Of a stretch of 64,000 bases of DNA, positions 29,146-38,609 are shown piece after piece. Both the position numbers and the translations under genes were made by a program. The notes beneath the pieces are model-generated. The model did not search any database. It was not told the origin of the DNA and saw nothing but the letters and a program-made list of their open reading frames with translations. The first letter of the stretch is position 1. The number at the start of each line of letters is the position of its first letter. Source of the DNA: a virus (lineage: Duplodnaviria > Caudoviricetes); the IMG/VR virus record IMGVR_UViG_2875882051_000001, positions 1 through 64,000 of that record; one strand, written 5' to 3'.

Positions 29146-29580
29146 TTATTTAGCTTGGGAAATATCTATCACATTGTTATCACTTTTAATCTCATTAACT
29201 AACTGATCTATATCCACATCGGTATTCTTTTCATTATCATTAGTGCTAGTCTCTATCTTAGTGGTTGTGTTGCCTAGATTCCTATCGATAATGTATTTAT
29301 TAGTTTCAAAGAACTTAGGATTGCTCTTATCGCTCATTATCTCAGCCAGATTACTAATAGCTAAGGGCATTAACCCTAGTATTTGCCTCCTGCTCTCCTC
29401 TGTTTGCTGAGAATTTAATTCATCTGTACGTTTCTGAAGCTCAGCCTTGAAATCCTTATTATCCAACCAATTATAGATAGTCTTTTCTGATACTCCTACT
29501 GTTTTAGCAATGTTAGCATTTGTAAGGTTCCCCATCAACATTAGATTGATTGCTTGTATATGTTTCTCCGCTATTATCAT
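29146..29580 (-). CDS. Terminase small subunit-like HTH protein
   Basis: NIAKTVGVSEKTIYNWLDNKDFKAEL; upstream of terL. Confidence 0.7.
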   Translation of the reverse strand: MIIAEKHIQAINLMLMGNLTNANIAKTVGVSEKTIYNWLDNKDFKAELQKRTDELNSQQTEESRRQILGLMPLAISNLAEIMSDKSNPKFFETNKYIIDRNLGNTTTKIETSTNDNEKNTDVDIDQLVNEIKSDNNVIDISQAK

Positions 29581-29821
29581 AAATATCACCTCGTTTTATC
29601 TACTTACATATTTACAGTTTTATTTATACAAATTACATGCTAATATTACATAATTATATGCACCTCACGCTTTCATATTTAAACTTAATTAGCTTACTTG
29701 ATTACTTATTCATTTAAAATCAAATCCTCTTATATGGTCTAATAACCGCATTTAAATAGACACTATTATTTACTCACTCAAGGGGTACGGTCACTAGGAT
29801 ATATATATTAATATATATGTA

Positions 29822-30475
29822 CTACTCATCGTACCCCCTGATTAAATTCATCGTGTCAATATAAAGTTTATTATCTTTGTTAACTTTATACTTCTTAACC
29901 TTGTAATAATACTTATTCTCTATGGTTTTAATTATTACGTCCAGTTCTCCTTTAGCTAGCTGCAATTCAGCAAGAGTTATTTCACTCCGTGTATATTTAT
30001 CTTGGAGTTTCTTAAATGCATTCACATACGCTTTATTCTTCCAAAATGATTTGTATTCTTCAATCGTTACTTGAGCCAGTTCTCCTAGCGCTTTATCCAA
30101 TTTAAAGTAATAATAACCATCCTTTGAAATTATCTTTTTATCCTGGAGCGTATTATCCCACTTAATAACAGTGTTTTTATTTATCTTTACCTTGCTGGCT
30201 ATATCGTCTATTGTGTCGGGTTCTTCGGCTGTTCTTATATTGAAATAATTAATAAAGCAATCAGTTTTGCTAATATTATAGAGCTTATTAATTATCTGCT
30301 TATCTCTGCTTATTCCCAACTCGTATATTGTCTTTTTATTCTCAATGGATTTATCCAGCAATATATAACCTCTTTCCAATAACCTTTTTTCTAATGTATT
30401 GCGCCTTTCAATTTGCTTTAGAGCATTAAGATTAATATTGAGCAAATCTTTTAGTTCATTCCTGCAAACTTTCAT
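29822..30475 (-). CDS. Hypothetical protein
   Basis: 217-aa ORF, possible internal HTH (TIDDIASKVKINKNTVIKW). Confidence 0.6.
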   Translation of the reverse strand: MKVCRNELKDLLNINLNALKQIERRNTLEKRLLERGYILLDKSIENKKTIYELGISRDKQIINKLYNISKTDCFINYFNIRTAEEPDTIDDIASKVKINKNTVIKWDNTLQDKKIISKDGYYYFKLDKALGELAQVTIEEYKSFWKNKAYVNAFKKLQDKYTRSEITLAELQLAKGELDVIIKTIENKYYYKVKKYKVNKDNKLYIDTMNLIRGYDE

Positions 30476-30654
30476 CTTCTTTTTTCATTATTTTTAAAGC
30501 ATTCCATTAGGTCTCTATTATTGAATGGATAATAATAAAAGTCCATCTTCTCACATTCTTTTTCGCAATCTTTGCATTCATCCGGAGACTTAGCGCATAT
30601 TATTTTTCCTTCTTTAAATCTAACATTCAATTTAACTTTCTTTCTTTTAGCCAT
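30472..30654 (-). CDS. Small Cys-rich hypothetical protein
   Basis: ICAKSPDECKDCEKEC; RBS AAGGAG. Confidence 0.55.
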   Translation of the reverse strand: MAKRKKVKLNVRFKEGKIICAKSPDECKDCEKECEKMDFYYYPFNNRDLMECFKNNEKRR

Positions 30655-30852
30655 GTTCTAAATCTCCTTTCGTTGAATCTAAGATCACATTATTTACCAC
30701 GCAAAAAAGGCACCCAACTTAATGAATGCCTTCTAAAAGGGCTTTAATGAAATTCTTGACAATATTATTATATCTCACTTTTCCAGTATTTTTTACAGAC
30801 TTTCTACTGTTTTCCTTCTGTTTTTCTACTGTTTTTCTATAATCAATAAATT

Positions 30853-31266
30853 TTAGGGTATATATTTCTTCATTTTCCTTATTGCCTCATATTCCATTTG
30901 CTTGATCCTGGAGTAACTTAAATTTAATTTTTGTTCAACTCTCCAGTATTTCTTGCGTTCTATTAGCACAATCTGGATTATTTCCTTTTCTTCATCAGTC
31001 AGCATTGTAAGTGCATTGTCAATTCGCCTTAATTCTCTCTTTTTAACTGCCTGTTGTCTATATAATTCTTCTTTCTTTTCCATTAACGCTTCCGCTTGTT
31101 GCTCAACACTAGAAGTTATCTTGTAGGTCTTTCCTGTTCTTTCCTCTGTACCTTGTCCACTTACTCCTAATATTTCTTCCTCAAGTTCTTGGACTTTTAT
31201 ATCAATCTCTTGTATGTCTGCTTTAAGCTCTTTATATTTCCGTATCCTATATACTGTGTTATCCAT
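30853..31266 (-). CDS. Late transcription activator (ArpU/RinA-like)
   Basis: C-terminal sigma-region-4-like helix; end of early operon. Confidence 0.7.
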   Translation of the reverse strand: MDNTVYRIRKYKELKADIQEIDIKVQELEEEILGVSGQGTEERTGKTYKITSSVEQQAEALMEKKEELYRQQAVKKRELRRIDNALTMLTDEEKEIIQIVLIERKKYWRVEQKLNLSYSRIKQMEYEAIRKMKKYIP

Positions 31267-31297
31267 TTACTCACCTAACCTTCAAACTATGTTTCTT

Positions 31298-31966
31298 TTA
31301 TAGCGCTGATTCTTCCAAAAACAAATCTGTATCTTCTATAAATCCTTTATGAACTAATACATTTCTCACTTCATATCTCAGAGTGTTATATATTTCGCAT
31401 CCTATAAATTCCTTATCTATTGGCCTTATTTGAGTATTAAACTCACTTTGTAGGCCTTTAAGCCTTTTGTATAATCTATCTGGCTCATATTGTGATCTAT
31501 AACTAGATGAATCTCTTATATTTATATCAAAATTTTTATCCTCTAAAAAAATGAAGAACTTTATATTGTATTTATTCAGGGTGGCAAATTCGTATTTTAG
31601 CCTGTTATAATCAGTCTTAAGAACCTTTTCCAGATACTTTTCTCCAAGCAACTCGATTATTTCTTTTTTTATCTCATTGATATTAGTCTTATTATCTTTT
31701 AAATTCATTGCCAACTCATCAATACAAAACTTTCTTTCAATCACTATTTCATCAGTGAAATAAATATCCCTTGTTTGTCCCTTAAAGCTTCCTATTGGTA
31801 ACATACATGAATAATCTCCATAGTCAAGTTTTTGTGTCTTAAAAGGCTTTTTCCTCTTATTTAACCATTGAATTACATGCTGATTTGCTTGCTCTCTTGT
31901 ATCTACTAATACAACCATTTTATCCAATAATTCTTTTATTTCTTTTTCTGTAAACTTATATCTCAT
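31298..31966 (-). CDS. ERCC4-domain nuclease
   Basis: VLVDTREQ...LDYGDYS...IVIERK. Confidence 0.85.
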   Translation of the reverse strand: MRYKFTEKEIKELLDKMVVLVDTREQANQHVIQWLNKRKKPFKTQKLDYGDYSCMLPIGSFKGQTRDIYFTDEIVIERKFCIDELAMNLKDNKTNINEIKKEIIELLGEKYLEKVLKTDYNRLKYEFATLNKYNIKFFIFLEDKNFDINIRDSSSYRSQYEPDRLYKRLKGLQSEFNTQIRPIDKEFIGCEIYNTLRYEVRNVLVHKGFIEDTDLFLEESAL

Positions 31967-31977
31967 TAGCAGCCCTC

Positions 31978-32685
31978 CTATGCTATTTTCTTTACACATT
32001 TATAATAAAATGCTGTTCTTTTACCTTCCCAATCTACATTTATTGTTTCACCATTGTTATAAACTCTTACTACCTTACCCGTTCCTTTGATTCCTTTGTA
32101 TTCAATTTCAACAAGATCATCAATTTCAAATTCTGTGATGTTTGTATGCTTTTTTGTAACTTTATCAGCCAAATCTGTGATTTCTTTAGTCATTTCTGTA
32201 ACAAAAAGCTCATTTTCGTGATATTTAGGCTTTTGTTCATATTCAATGACCCATCCTTTATAATTTATAACAACCGTTTTTTCTCCAGGTATTATGATGT
32301 TGGAATCACCTTTACGTTTAATGTATTGTGTCACCTTCATATCATTTAATTTTTTAAGCTGTAGATCATTGAGTTCTTTATCTTTATTGACGAATAGTAT
32401 TTCATCAGCTGGCATTAAACCAACATTTGCGCCTAAATCAAATTCATGCACACCTTGTCCATCAAAATACTTTGTCTTATCTTCTAATTCAACAAGTAAT
32501 GCTCCTGAAACAGTTTTTATGATTCTATTACAGCTCTCTTTATAAAGGTTTATTATCTTCTGGAAGTGATCTTCCTTCGTCTCTTGTTTATCAACTATAA
32601 CTTTTTCTTTAGGCTTGATAATAGGTTCTTGAATTGGCATATTAAATAAATCAATTTGCCCTTCTAACACAATTATTTTTTTCAA
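31978..32685 (-). CDS. Hypothetical phage protein
   Basis: VLEGQIDLF N-terminus; SH3-like C-terminus. Confidence 0.6.
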   Translation of the reverse strand: MKKIIVLEGQIDLFNMPIQEPIIKPKEKVIVDKQETKEDHFQKIINLYKESCNRIIKTVSGALLVELEDKTKYFDGQGVHEFDLGANVGLMPADEILFVNKDKELNDLQLKKLNDMKVTQYIKRKGDSNIIIPGEKTVVINYKGWVIEYEQKPKYHENELFVTEMTKEITDLADKVTKKHTNITEFEIDDLVEIEYKGIKGTGKVVRVYNNGETINVDWEGKRTAFYYKCVKKIA

Positions 32686-32765
32686 ATTATCTCACCTTCT
32701 TTTTCACTTGATTTTCATATGATAATGAAGCTTTATAATTATAGTGTTATTTACCATATTATTAG

Positions 32766-33773
32766 TTACACAACCAATCTTCTATATTCATTTTTAAGGT
32801 TTTCTTGAGATAGTTGCGCATATATTTGAGTTGTACTTGGGGTAGTATGTCCAAGAATGCCCTGCACACCTTCAATTCTCATTCCTGAATTTAATAACCT
32901 AGTTGCTTGGGTACGTCTAAATTTATGGCAATGTACCCTTTCACCTACTCCAGCTCTATCCTTTATCTTTGCTATTATTAATTGTAATGCTCTTACTTTT
33001 ATATGATTATGTGAACCTCTCTCTGATATAAATAAGTATTCTGATTCTCCTTCTCTTGATTTTAAATAGCCCTGCATGTGTAACTTAGCTCTTGTAGAAA
33101 AGAAAACTATTCTCTCCTTACTTCCTTTTCCAAATACTTTTATACTTCTCTCCTGCCAATTTATATCTTTTAATTTGATATTATCTAGTTCCGATATTCT
33201 GCACGCAGTACTGTCTAAAAGTTCAAATAGAGCTTTTTCTCTTTCAGTTATACACGCTTCTCTTAACCTCTCCAAATTTTCTGGTTGATAAGGTTGTAAT
33301 ATCACACGTGGTACTTTAGTTTGTTTCAATTTAAATGCAGGATTTTTAATTATATATTCTTCTGCTTGCAACCATCCGAAAAAGCCTTTAAGCATTGTTA
33401 TATATCCGTTAACTGTGGTAGCTTGTTTTTCTTTTCCCATAAAGGCCAAGAACATTCTCAAATCCATAGTAGATATAGTAGAACATGGTTTTGTAAAAAA
33501 TCGCTCTAATTTATTTAGAAATAATCTATAATTATCTAATGTCTTTTGGCTTAAACCTTCTAACTTTTTACAAGCTAAATATATAGCTGATTTTTCTTCT
33601 ATATCGCTTGCCACTAGATCAGTACATTTCGATGAAACTTCATAATCATATAAAGTTTCATCAATTGTCTTTTTAACCTCTAATTGCAAACTCAAATTTT
33701 GTTCTAAAACTGGTAATAACAAAGTTAATTTTCCTAACAATCTTATACTGGCTTCTTCATTTAGGTTGCTCAT
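32766..33773 (-). CDS. Second tyrosine recombinase (XerC/D-like)
   Basis: TACRISE, HKFRRT, ILGH, TQIYA catalytic residues. Confidence 0.88.
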   Translation of the reverse strand: MSNLNEEASIRLLGKLTLLLPVLEQNLSLQLEVKKTIDETLYDYEVSSKCTDLVASDIEEKSAIYLACKKLEGLSQKTLDNYRLFLNKLERFFTKPCSTISTMDLRMFLAFMGKEKQATTVNGYITMLKGFFGWLQAEEYIIKNPAFKLKQTKVPRVILQPYQPENLERLREACITEREKALFELLDSTACRISELDNIKLKDINWQERSIKVFGKGSKERIVFFSTRAKLHMQGYLKSREGESEYLFISERGSHNHIKVRALQLIIAKIKDRAGVGERVHCHKFRRTQATRLLNSGMRIEGVQGILGHTTPSTTQIYAQLSQENLKNEYRRLVV

Positions 33774-33820
33774 ATTATCAAATCCTTTCTTTAGTTTTTT
33801 GTAATCTTAATAAAATCATC

Positions 33821-33855
33821 TGAATACTTGTTTTAAAATTGTACATAATATAATT
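33821..33855 (+). promoter_or_regulatory. 35-bp repeat copy 1 with sigmaG-like promoter
   Basis: GAATA-17 bp-CATAATA; 34/35 identical to 33951-33985. Confidence 0.6.
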
Positions 33856-33890
33856 AGTTGTTGATTATATTATTATTTATAGAATCCATT

Positions 33891-33917
33891 ATGTGCCCTT
33901 TAATTAGGGCATATTTT
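33891..33917 (+). terminator. Terminator hairpin, array unit 1
   Basis: TGCCCT-TTAATT-AGGGCA then TATTTT. Confidence 0.6.
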
Positions 33918-33950
33918 GCGTTTAATTTTAGCATTGTGAATTAAATTATT

Positions 33951-33985
33951 TGAATACTTATTTTAAAATTGTACATAATATAATT
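33951..33985 (+). promoter_or_regulatory. 35-bp repeat copy 2 with sigmaG-like promoter
   Basis: GAATA-17 bp-CATAATA; 130 bp downstream of copy 1. Confidence 0.6.
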
Positions 33986-34048
33986 GACATTAGTTATGTT
34001 ATTGTTTATAGAATCCATTAATATTACTATTTATAGAAATCCATTTTT

Positions 34049-34071
34049 GACTCCTTAATTGGAGTCTTTTT
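34049..34071 (+). terminator. Terminator hairpin, array unit 2
   Basis: GACTCC-TTAATT-GGAGTC-TTTTT. Confidence 0.7.
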
Positions 34072-34206
34072 ATATAAATAATTATAGTTGTTAGAATTAT
34101 TTGTACTTATCCTTCATATAATGAAAGGAAACCTCTTGATTATTATTTTTTATCTTATAGTTACTCTCTTTTTGTAGATCTTTATACTTTTGTCCATTCA
34201 CTTTTG

Positions 34207-34231
34207 AGCTCCTTAAATTTAAGGAGCTTTT
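34207..34231 (+). terminator. Terminator hairpin, array unit 3
   Basis: AGCTCCTT-AAATTT-AAGGAGCT-TTT. Confidence 0.7.
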
Positions 34232-34414
34232 ATTATTCTTATCATGAATAATTTCATAAAATACTCATAAGCTAAGGATGTCTTCATAATCAGATCAGTA
34301 CTCCATTTTCAATCCATTTAATGTGGGAATATGATATTTTAATTACGTATTATTTAAGATATATTAACGTATAATATAAATACCCCACATATATTAATTA
34401 TCACATACATATAC

Positions 34415-34437
34415 GCCCCTTTATTGGGGCATTTTTT
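34415..34437 (+). terminator. Terminator hairpin, array unit 4
   Basis: GCCCC-TTTATT-GGGGC-ATTTTTT. Confidence 0.7.
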
Positions 34438-34462
34438 GTACTCATTTTCTACAGATTGAACA

Positions 34463-34654
34463 TTACTTATATATTATTGGTTCATTATCTTTCTTAGGAT
34501 ATTGTTGCAATATAATAGACTTCACATAACTGTAATTTATATGTCTATTTACATATTGCATATGGTCCACGTTGTTTTTTATAGTATAAGTTGTTTTACT
34601 CCCATCATTGCATTCTACAAATAACTTTTTCATAACCTTATTCCTTTTCCTCAT
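34463..34654 (-). CDS. Hypothetical protein
   Basis: ORF in early operon, coupled to upstream gene. Confidence 0.5.
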   Translation of the reverse strand: MRKRNKVMKKLFVECNDGSKTTYTIKNNVDHMQYVNRHINYSYVKSIILQQYPKKDNEPIIYK

Positions 34655-34889
34655 TTTTATTAATTTCTTCTAGATCTGTACCTTCAAACTCAACTTCTCC
34701 ACTTTCGTCCTTATCAAATTCAAGTATTTTCACATTGTTATCGCTTAAATATCCCTCAATATCATCTGGATGCATACCGTCTCTTTCCAAAACATCTAAC
34801 GCATACTCTACTTCAACATCTGAGTCAGCTTCAACTGTTAAAGTATGTCTGTAAACTACTTTTTCTTCTAATTCGATTTTAAATTTCAT
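34638..34889 (-). CDS. Acidic hypothetical protein
   Basis: ORF in early operon with RBS GGGTGGGG. Confidence 0.55.
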   Translation of the reverse strand: MKFKIELEEKVVYRHTLTVEADSDVEVEYALDVLERDGMHPDDIEGYLSDNNVKILEFDKDESGEVEFEGTDLEEINKNEEKE

Positions 34890-35535
34890 ATTTCCCCACC
34901 CTTTCAAATTCAATTACCCATACCCAAGGATTTTCATGCCACATATATTTGACTTGAGATTTATTTAGAGTGCTATTCCATAAATCTTCAAAAGCTGATA
35001 TATATTCACTTGCAGTAAATGAGTCAGTAATTTCAAAATCTAGCTTTATTCCTTCCTTTTTACATTCACCTGCTTCAATCATTTTTAATCTTTCAGGATA
35101 AATCTTTTTTATTTTTAGAAATATCCTTGCTGCTTCTTTCGGCATAAATAATGACGGCTGCCACTTTTCTTGATCTGCAAATTTATAGAATTTATTAAAT
35201 CTCTCTTTTGTAAAAGATATACAATCATTAACCTCACTATCTGCCTTATATTTAAAAGCTAGTGTATTAACTCCTCTTGAATGCGCCAACCATGTTTCTC
35301 TAACATAAAGTATGTCTCCAATTTCAAACTTGGGTTTGCACCAATTAATAGCACTGTATATTGTTCCAGCAACTGCATTAGATCTATATCCAAATTTGTA
35401 ATATTCGCCTTCATGTTCTAGTAGTTCTCTATTCCCAACATTCTTTATAATTCTTCTCGTGGTTGTTTTTCTTCCTTCAAGAATTGCCTTAACCATATCT
35501 GTATTAAATAAAATTGGTTTTTCCAATATTCTCAC
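34879..35535 (-). CDS. Conserved phage protein (ASCH/PUA-like)
   Basis: KPILFNTDMVKAILEGRKTTTRR...WQPSLFMPKEAARIFL...NPWVWVIEF. Confidence 0.7.
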   Translation of the reverse strand: MRILEKPILFNTDMVKAILEGRKTTTRRIIKNVGNRELLEHEGEYYKFGYRSNAVAGTIYSAINWCKPKFEIGDILYVRETWLAHSRGVNTLAFKYKADSEVNDCISFTKERFNKFYKFADQEKWQPSLFMPKEAARIFLKIKKIYPERLKMIEAGECKKEGIKLDFEITDSFTASEYISAFEDLWNSTLNKSQVKYMWHENPWVWVIEFERVGKYEI

Positions 35536-35642
35536 CTCAATTTATTATGTTGAGGGGAATAATCCCCTCTTAATTTGCAGTAACCTTAACATTAGCAATT
35601 GTAATCCCTGCTGCTAACACTCCTAGTCCTGCAAGAACTCAC

Positions 35643-36068
35643 TTACCCTCTGTTCTTATTTATATCCATGAAATTCATTTGAGGATTTATTAGTGGTTGC
35701 ACTACATATTTTCCATTTATATCATCCCATACAACTTCTTTATTCTCGTCATAGCAACCTTTTGAATTATATTGCTTCTTTAAAGTTGATGTTATCTTGT
35801 GTTCAAAAGTAGGTTTTTTATATTCATATTTATCATTTATTATATTCCCGTAATCATCTGTTGCAGGTATTTCCTTATAAGCATCTCTTATTTTTAAATC
35901 CAATTTTAAAGATATTTCCCCACTTGCAAATTCACCATTATATACACTTTTTATAACTCTTTGTATTTCCTCATTTAAATCAGTTAACATTGCATTAAAT
36001 ACAGGACTATCAATATCTATACTTAATACTCTCTTACTTAAATCCACTAATTCACTTGTTTTACCCAT
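35643..36068 (-). CDS. Hypothetical phage protein
   Basis: 141-aa ORF coupled to RusA. Confidence 0.55.
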   Translation of the reverse strand: MGKTSELVDLSKRVLSIDIDSPVFNAMLTDLNEEIQRVIKSVYNGEFASGEISLKLDLKIRDAYKEIPATDDYGNIINDKYEYKKPTFEHKITSTLKKQYNSKGCYDENKEVVWDDINGKYVVQPLINPQMNFMDINKNRG

Positions 36069-36463
36069 TATCTTATTACCTCCAATTCAAATTCGACTCT
36101 TTCTAATTCTTCAGTAAATACTTTCTTAACAATCAATTCTGTGATCTGGCTATCGTCCTTATAGGCAATTTTATTTAAACTATCCAAAATAACCTTAGCT
36201 ACATTATCAATATCAGGTTTCTTCTGTGGACGCTCTATCCCCGCCCTTATCGCTTCTAACCTTTTCTTTGAATAACTCTTAGGTATTTTGTAGTAAGCTA
36301 TAATTGTTGCCTTTATAGAACCTTCTAAATACCTTCTATCCTGCTGCTGATAACAAATTCTTACCCAATTTTCATAAGTCACTGTATCTCCAGGAGTTGT
36401 TGCATGTCCATTAAAAAATCTAGGCCGTCCTTTACCTTTTATTGTTCCTTCAACTACTACCAT
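36068..36463 (-). CDS. rusA: RusA Holliday junction resolvase
   Basis: KGKGRPRF...KKPDIDNVAKVILDSLNKIAYKDDSQI. Confidence 0.9.
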   Translation of the reverse strand: MVVVEGTIKGKGRPRFFNGHATTPGDTVTYENWVRICYQQQDRRYLEGSIKATIIAYYKIPKSYSKKRLEAIRAGIERPQKKPDIDNVAKVILDSLNKIAYKDDSQITELIVKKVFTEELERVEFELEVIR

Positions 36464-36474
36464 TTATTTCTCCT

Positions 36475-37788
36475 TTACCTTAAACAATCTATATTTGCGA
36501 TCTTTTGGAGCTTATCCAAGTAATAGAATTTAAGTGTTCCAACTGCTCCATCTCTTTGCTTCGCTATTATCCATTCAATAATATTTCTGTCTTCTGTTTC
36601 TTTGTTGTAATATTCATCACGATACAAGAACATTATCAAGTCTGCATCTTGTTCAATATTCCCAGATTCTCTTAAATCCGCCAATGTTGGTCTCTTATCT
36701 GCCCTCTCTTCAACTTTTCTAGATAATTGTGATAATACGATTACTGTTACTTCTAATTCTTTAGCCATCATCTTTAATTGTCTTGTAACTTCACCAATAT
36801 CTGACGATCTATTTCCAGTGTTAGGTATGTCCATTAACGTTAAGTGATCTACAATTACCACATCTAAACCATGAGTTTGTTTTACTGCTTTAGTCTTAGC
36901 TTTTATAGTTAATGTGTTTTGGTAGCTGCTGCAATCTGTAAATATTCCATTTCTCTTAGATAATTTGTTAGCTGCCATAAGTATTCTTTCAAACTCTTCT
37001 GCATTAAGTTTTCCTGTTTTTAATTTCTGTGCTTCAACATTTGAATTGAAAGCCAATCTCCTATTTCCCAATGCTGTTTCTACCATTTCCATTTCAAATA
37101 CAAGCACATTATTACCGTTTTTCGCTAGTCCGTCAGCTATGTTTAAAGCAGTAACTGTTTTTCCCATTGATGGACGAGCACCGATTACAAATAAGTCTCC
37201 TTTATTCATTCCATTTGTTGCTCTATCAAAGTCATGAAATCCTGTTTTCATGCCTGGAATATCTCCACCATTAGCATATCTTTCTTCTATCTTTGATATT
37301 GTGGCATTAAGTAACTGCGTATCATTTAGTATTTGGCTTTTGTCTTCTGTTTGGCTTAATTCATTTGACATTTTACTAATTGAAACATCTGGTTTAATTT
37401 TATCGTCATACAATGCATTCATAGCTGAATTTAATGATTTTATCGCCTTTCTTCTGAAGGACTTATCTTTTATAATGTCCACGTATTGTTTTACATTTAA
37501 TTTAAACCCACCTGTCATTAGTTCTGTGAGGTATGAAACCCCTCCGACGTATACTAGACTGTCTTTTCCTAAAACCTCTATAATGGGCGTTATTCCTATT
37601 TCTTTCCCGTCTGCAAATAATGCACACATTGCGTTAAATATTAATTGATGGCTTGATCTATAAAAATCATTTGTTTTCAACTCATTTACTGCTTGTACTA
37701 TTATCTTAGGGTTATAAAATATACCTGATAAGAGTTCTTGTTCAGCTCTTATATTTTGCGGTAGTATTTGTAACTGTTCTGTATCCAT
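36475..37788 (-). CDS. dnaB: Replicative DNA helicase
   Basis: GARPSMGKT, VIVDHLTLM, LSQLSR, LRESGNIEQDAD. Confidence 0.93.
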   Translation of the reverse strand: MDTEQLQILPQNIRAEQELLSGIFYNPKIIVQAVNELKTNDFYRSSHQLIFNAMCALFADGKEIGITPIIEVLGKDSLVYVGGVSYLTELMTGGFKLNVKQYVDIIKDKSFRRKAIKSLNSAMNALYDDKIKPDVSISKMSNELSQTEDKSQILNDTQLLNATISKIEERYANGGDIPGMKTGFHDFDRATNGMNKGDLFVIGARPSMGKTVTALNIADGLAKNGNNVLVFEMEMVETALGNRRLAFNSNVEAQKLKTGKLNAEEFERILMAANKLSKRNGIFTDCSSYQNTLTIKAKTKAVKQTHGLDVVIVDHLTLMDIPNTGNRSSDIGEVTRQLKMMAKELEVTVIVLSQLSRKVEERADKRPTLADLRESGNIEQDADLIMFLYRDEYYNKETEDRNIIEWIIAKQRDGAVGTLKFYYLDKLQKIANIDCLR

Positions 37789-37806
37789 CTAATCACCTCT
37801 ATTTAG

Positions 37807-38601
37807 CTATTCATCAAATTGAAATGCATCATATTGTTTTTTATTGTTAGATATAGTTGTCTGGTTCTTATGGTCTTCTTTAAGTTCGAATATGCCTTGC
37901 CAACAATGCTCTATGCTATTTTCTAAAATTTTAATTTGTATTTCTTCATTTTCCGATAAGCCCTTTAGCTTCTTAAGCATTATCTGTAAAGCTCTATCCG
38001 TCATAGGTTTTTTAATTGACTTTCTCATTTTTATAAAATCAACTAAAGTATTTCTCAATTCTTCATTACTGGTATAGTTGTTAATTAAAGAATCAATCGA
38101 AGTTATTTTTCTTTTTTTAGTTTTTTTATTTATATCTATATCTTTCTCTATCTCTTTCTCTATCTCTATCTCTGTGTAACAAAAAGTAACAGGTGGTAAC
38201 TCTTCGGTAACATTGTTACCACTTTCTATTAATTTTTTATTCTTAAAGCGTTTATTTCTCATTAGTTGAGCCTTATCTGTCTCTTTTCCTATTGACGTTG
38301 GAACCTCATTCAAAAGTAACTCTGAATCTGAAATTTCTTTCAGTAATCCGCACTTTTTTAGATACATTAATACAAAACTTACATTGTCTGAATCTTCATC
38401 TAGTTCTAAGGCTAATTCTTCCGCAAATGTTTCTTCTATTCCATCAAAATACAGCTTTCCTTCATCCTTAAGACTAAGTAATTGAAGCTTCAAATATATT
38501 ATTGTGTAAGTATCTCCACCAGCTATTTTCCTTAGTTTCTTAATTTCTTTACCTTTGAAAAAATCCTTATTTAATTTAAGCCAATAGTACACTTTAGCCA
38601 T
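37807..38601 (-). CDS. Phage replisome organizer / replication initiator
   Basis: YYWLKLNKDFF...IKKLRKIAGGDTYTIIYLKL N-terminus. Confidence 0.85.
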   Translation of the reverse strand: MAKVYYWLKLNKDFFKGKEIKKLRKIAGGDTYTIIYLKLQLLSLKDEGKLYFDGIEETFAEELALELDEDSDNVSFVLMYLKKCGLLKEISDSELLLNEVPTSIGKETDKAQLMRNKRFKNKKLIESGNNVTEELPPVTFCYTEIEIEKEIEKDIDINKKTKKRKITSIDSLINNYTSNEELRNTLVDFIKMRKSIKKPMTDRALQIMLKKLKGLSENEEIQIKILENSIEHCWQGIFELKEDHKNQTTISNNKKQYDAFQFDE

Positions 38602-38609
38602 TCAATCAC

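Noticed and set aside
33821-33985. CRISPR mini-array or solitary repeat
   Set aside because: Only two copies 130 bp apart, not palindromic, 95-nt spacing, promoter-like content; no cas genes in the window.
34094-34274. Further sporulation promoters for array units 3 and 4 (GAATT-16-CATATAA; GAATA-15-CATAAGC)
   Set aside because: Spacing and -10 deviate from consensus; could be chance in very AT-rich DNA.
35573-35646. Hydrophobic micro-ORF VLAGLGVLAAGITIANVKVTAN*
   Set aside because: No in-frame start with an RBS; probably a gene remnant.
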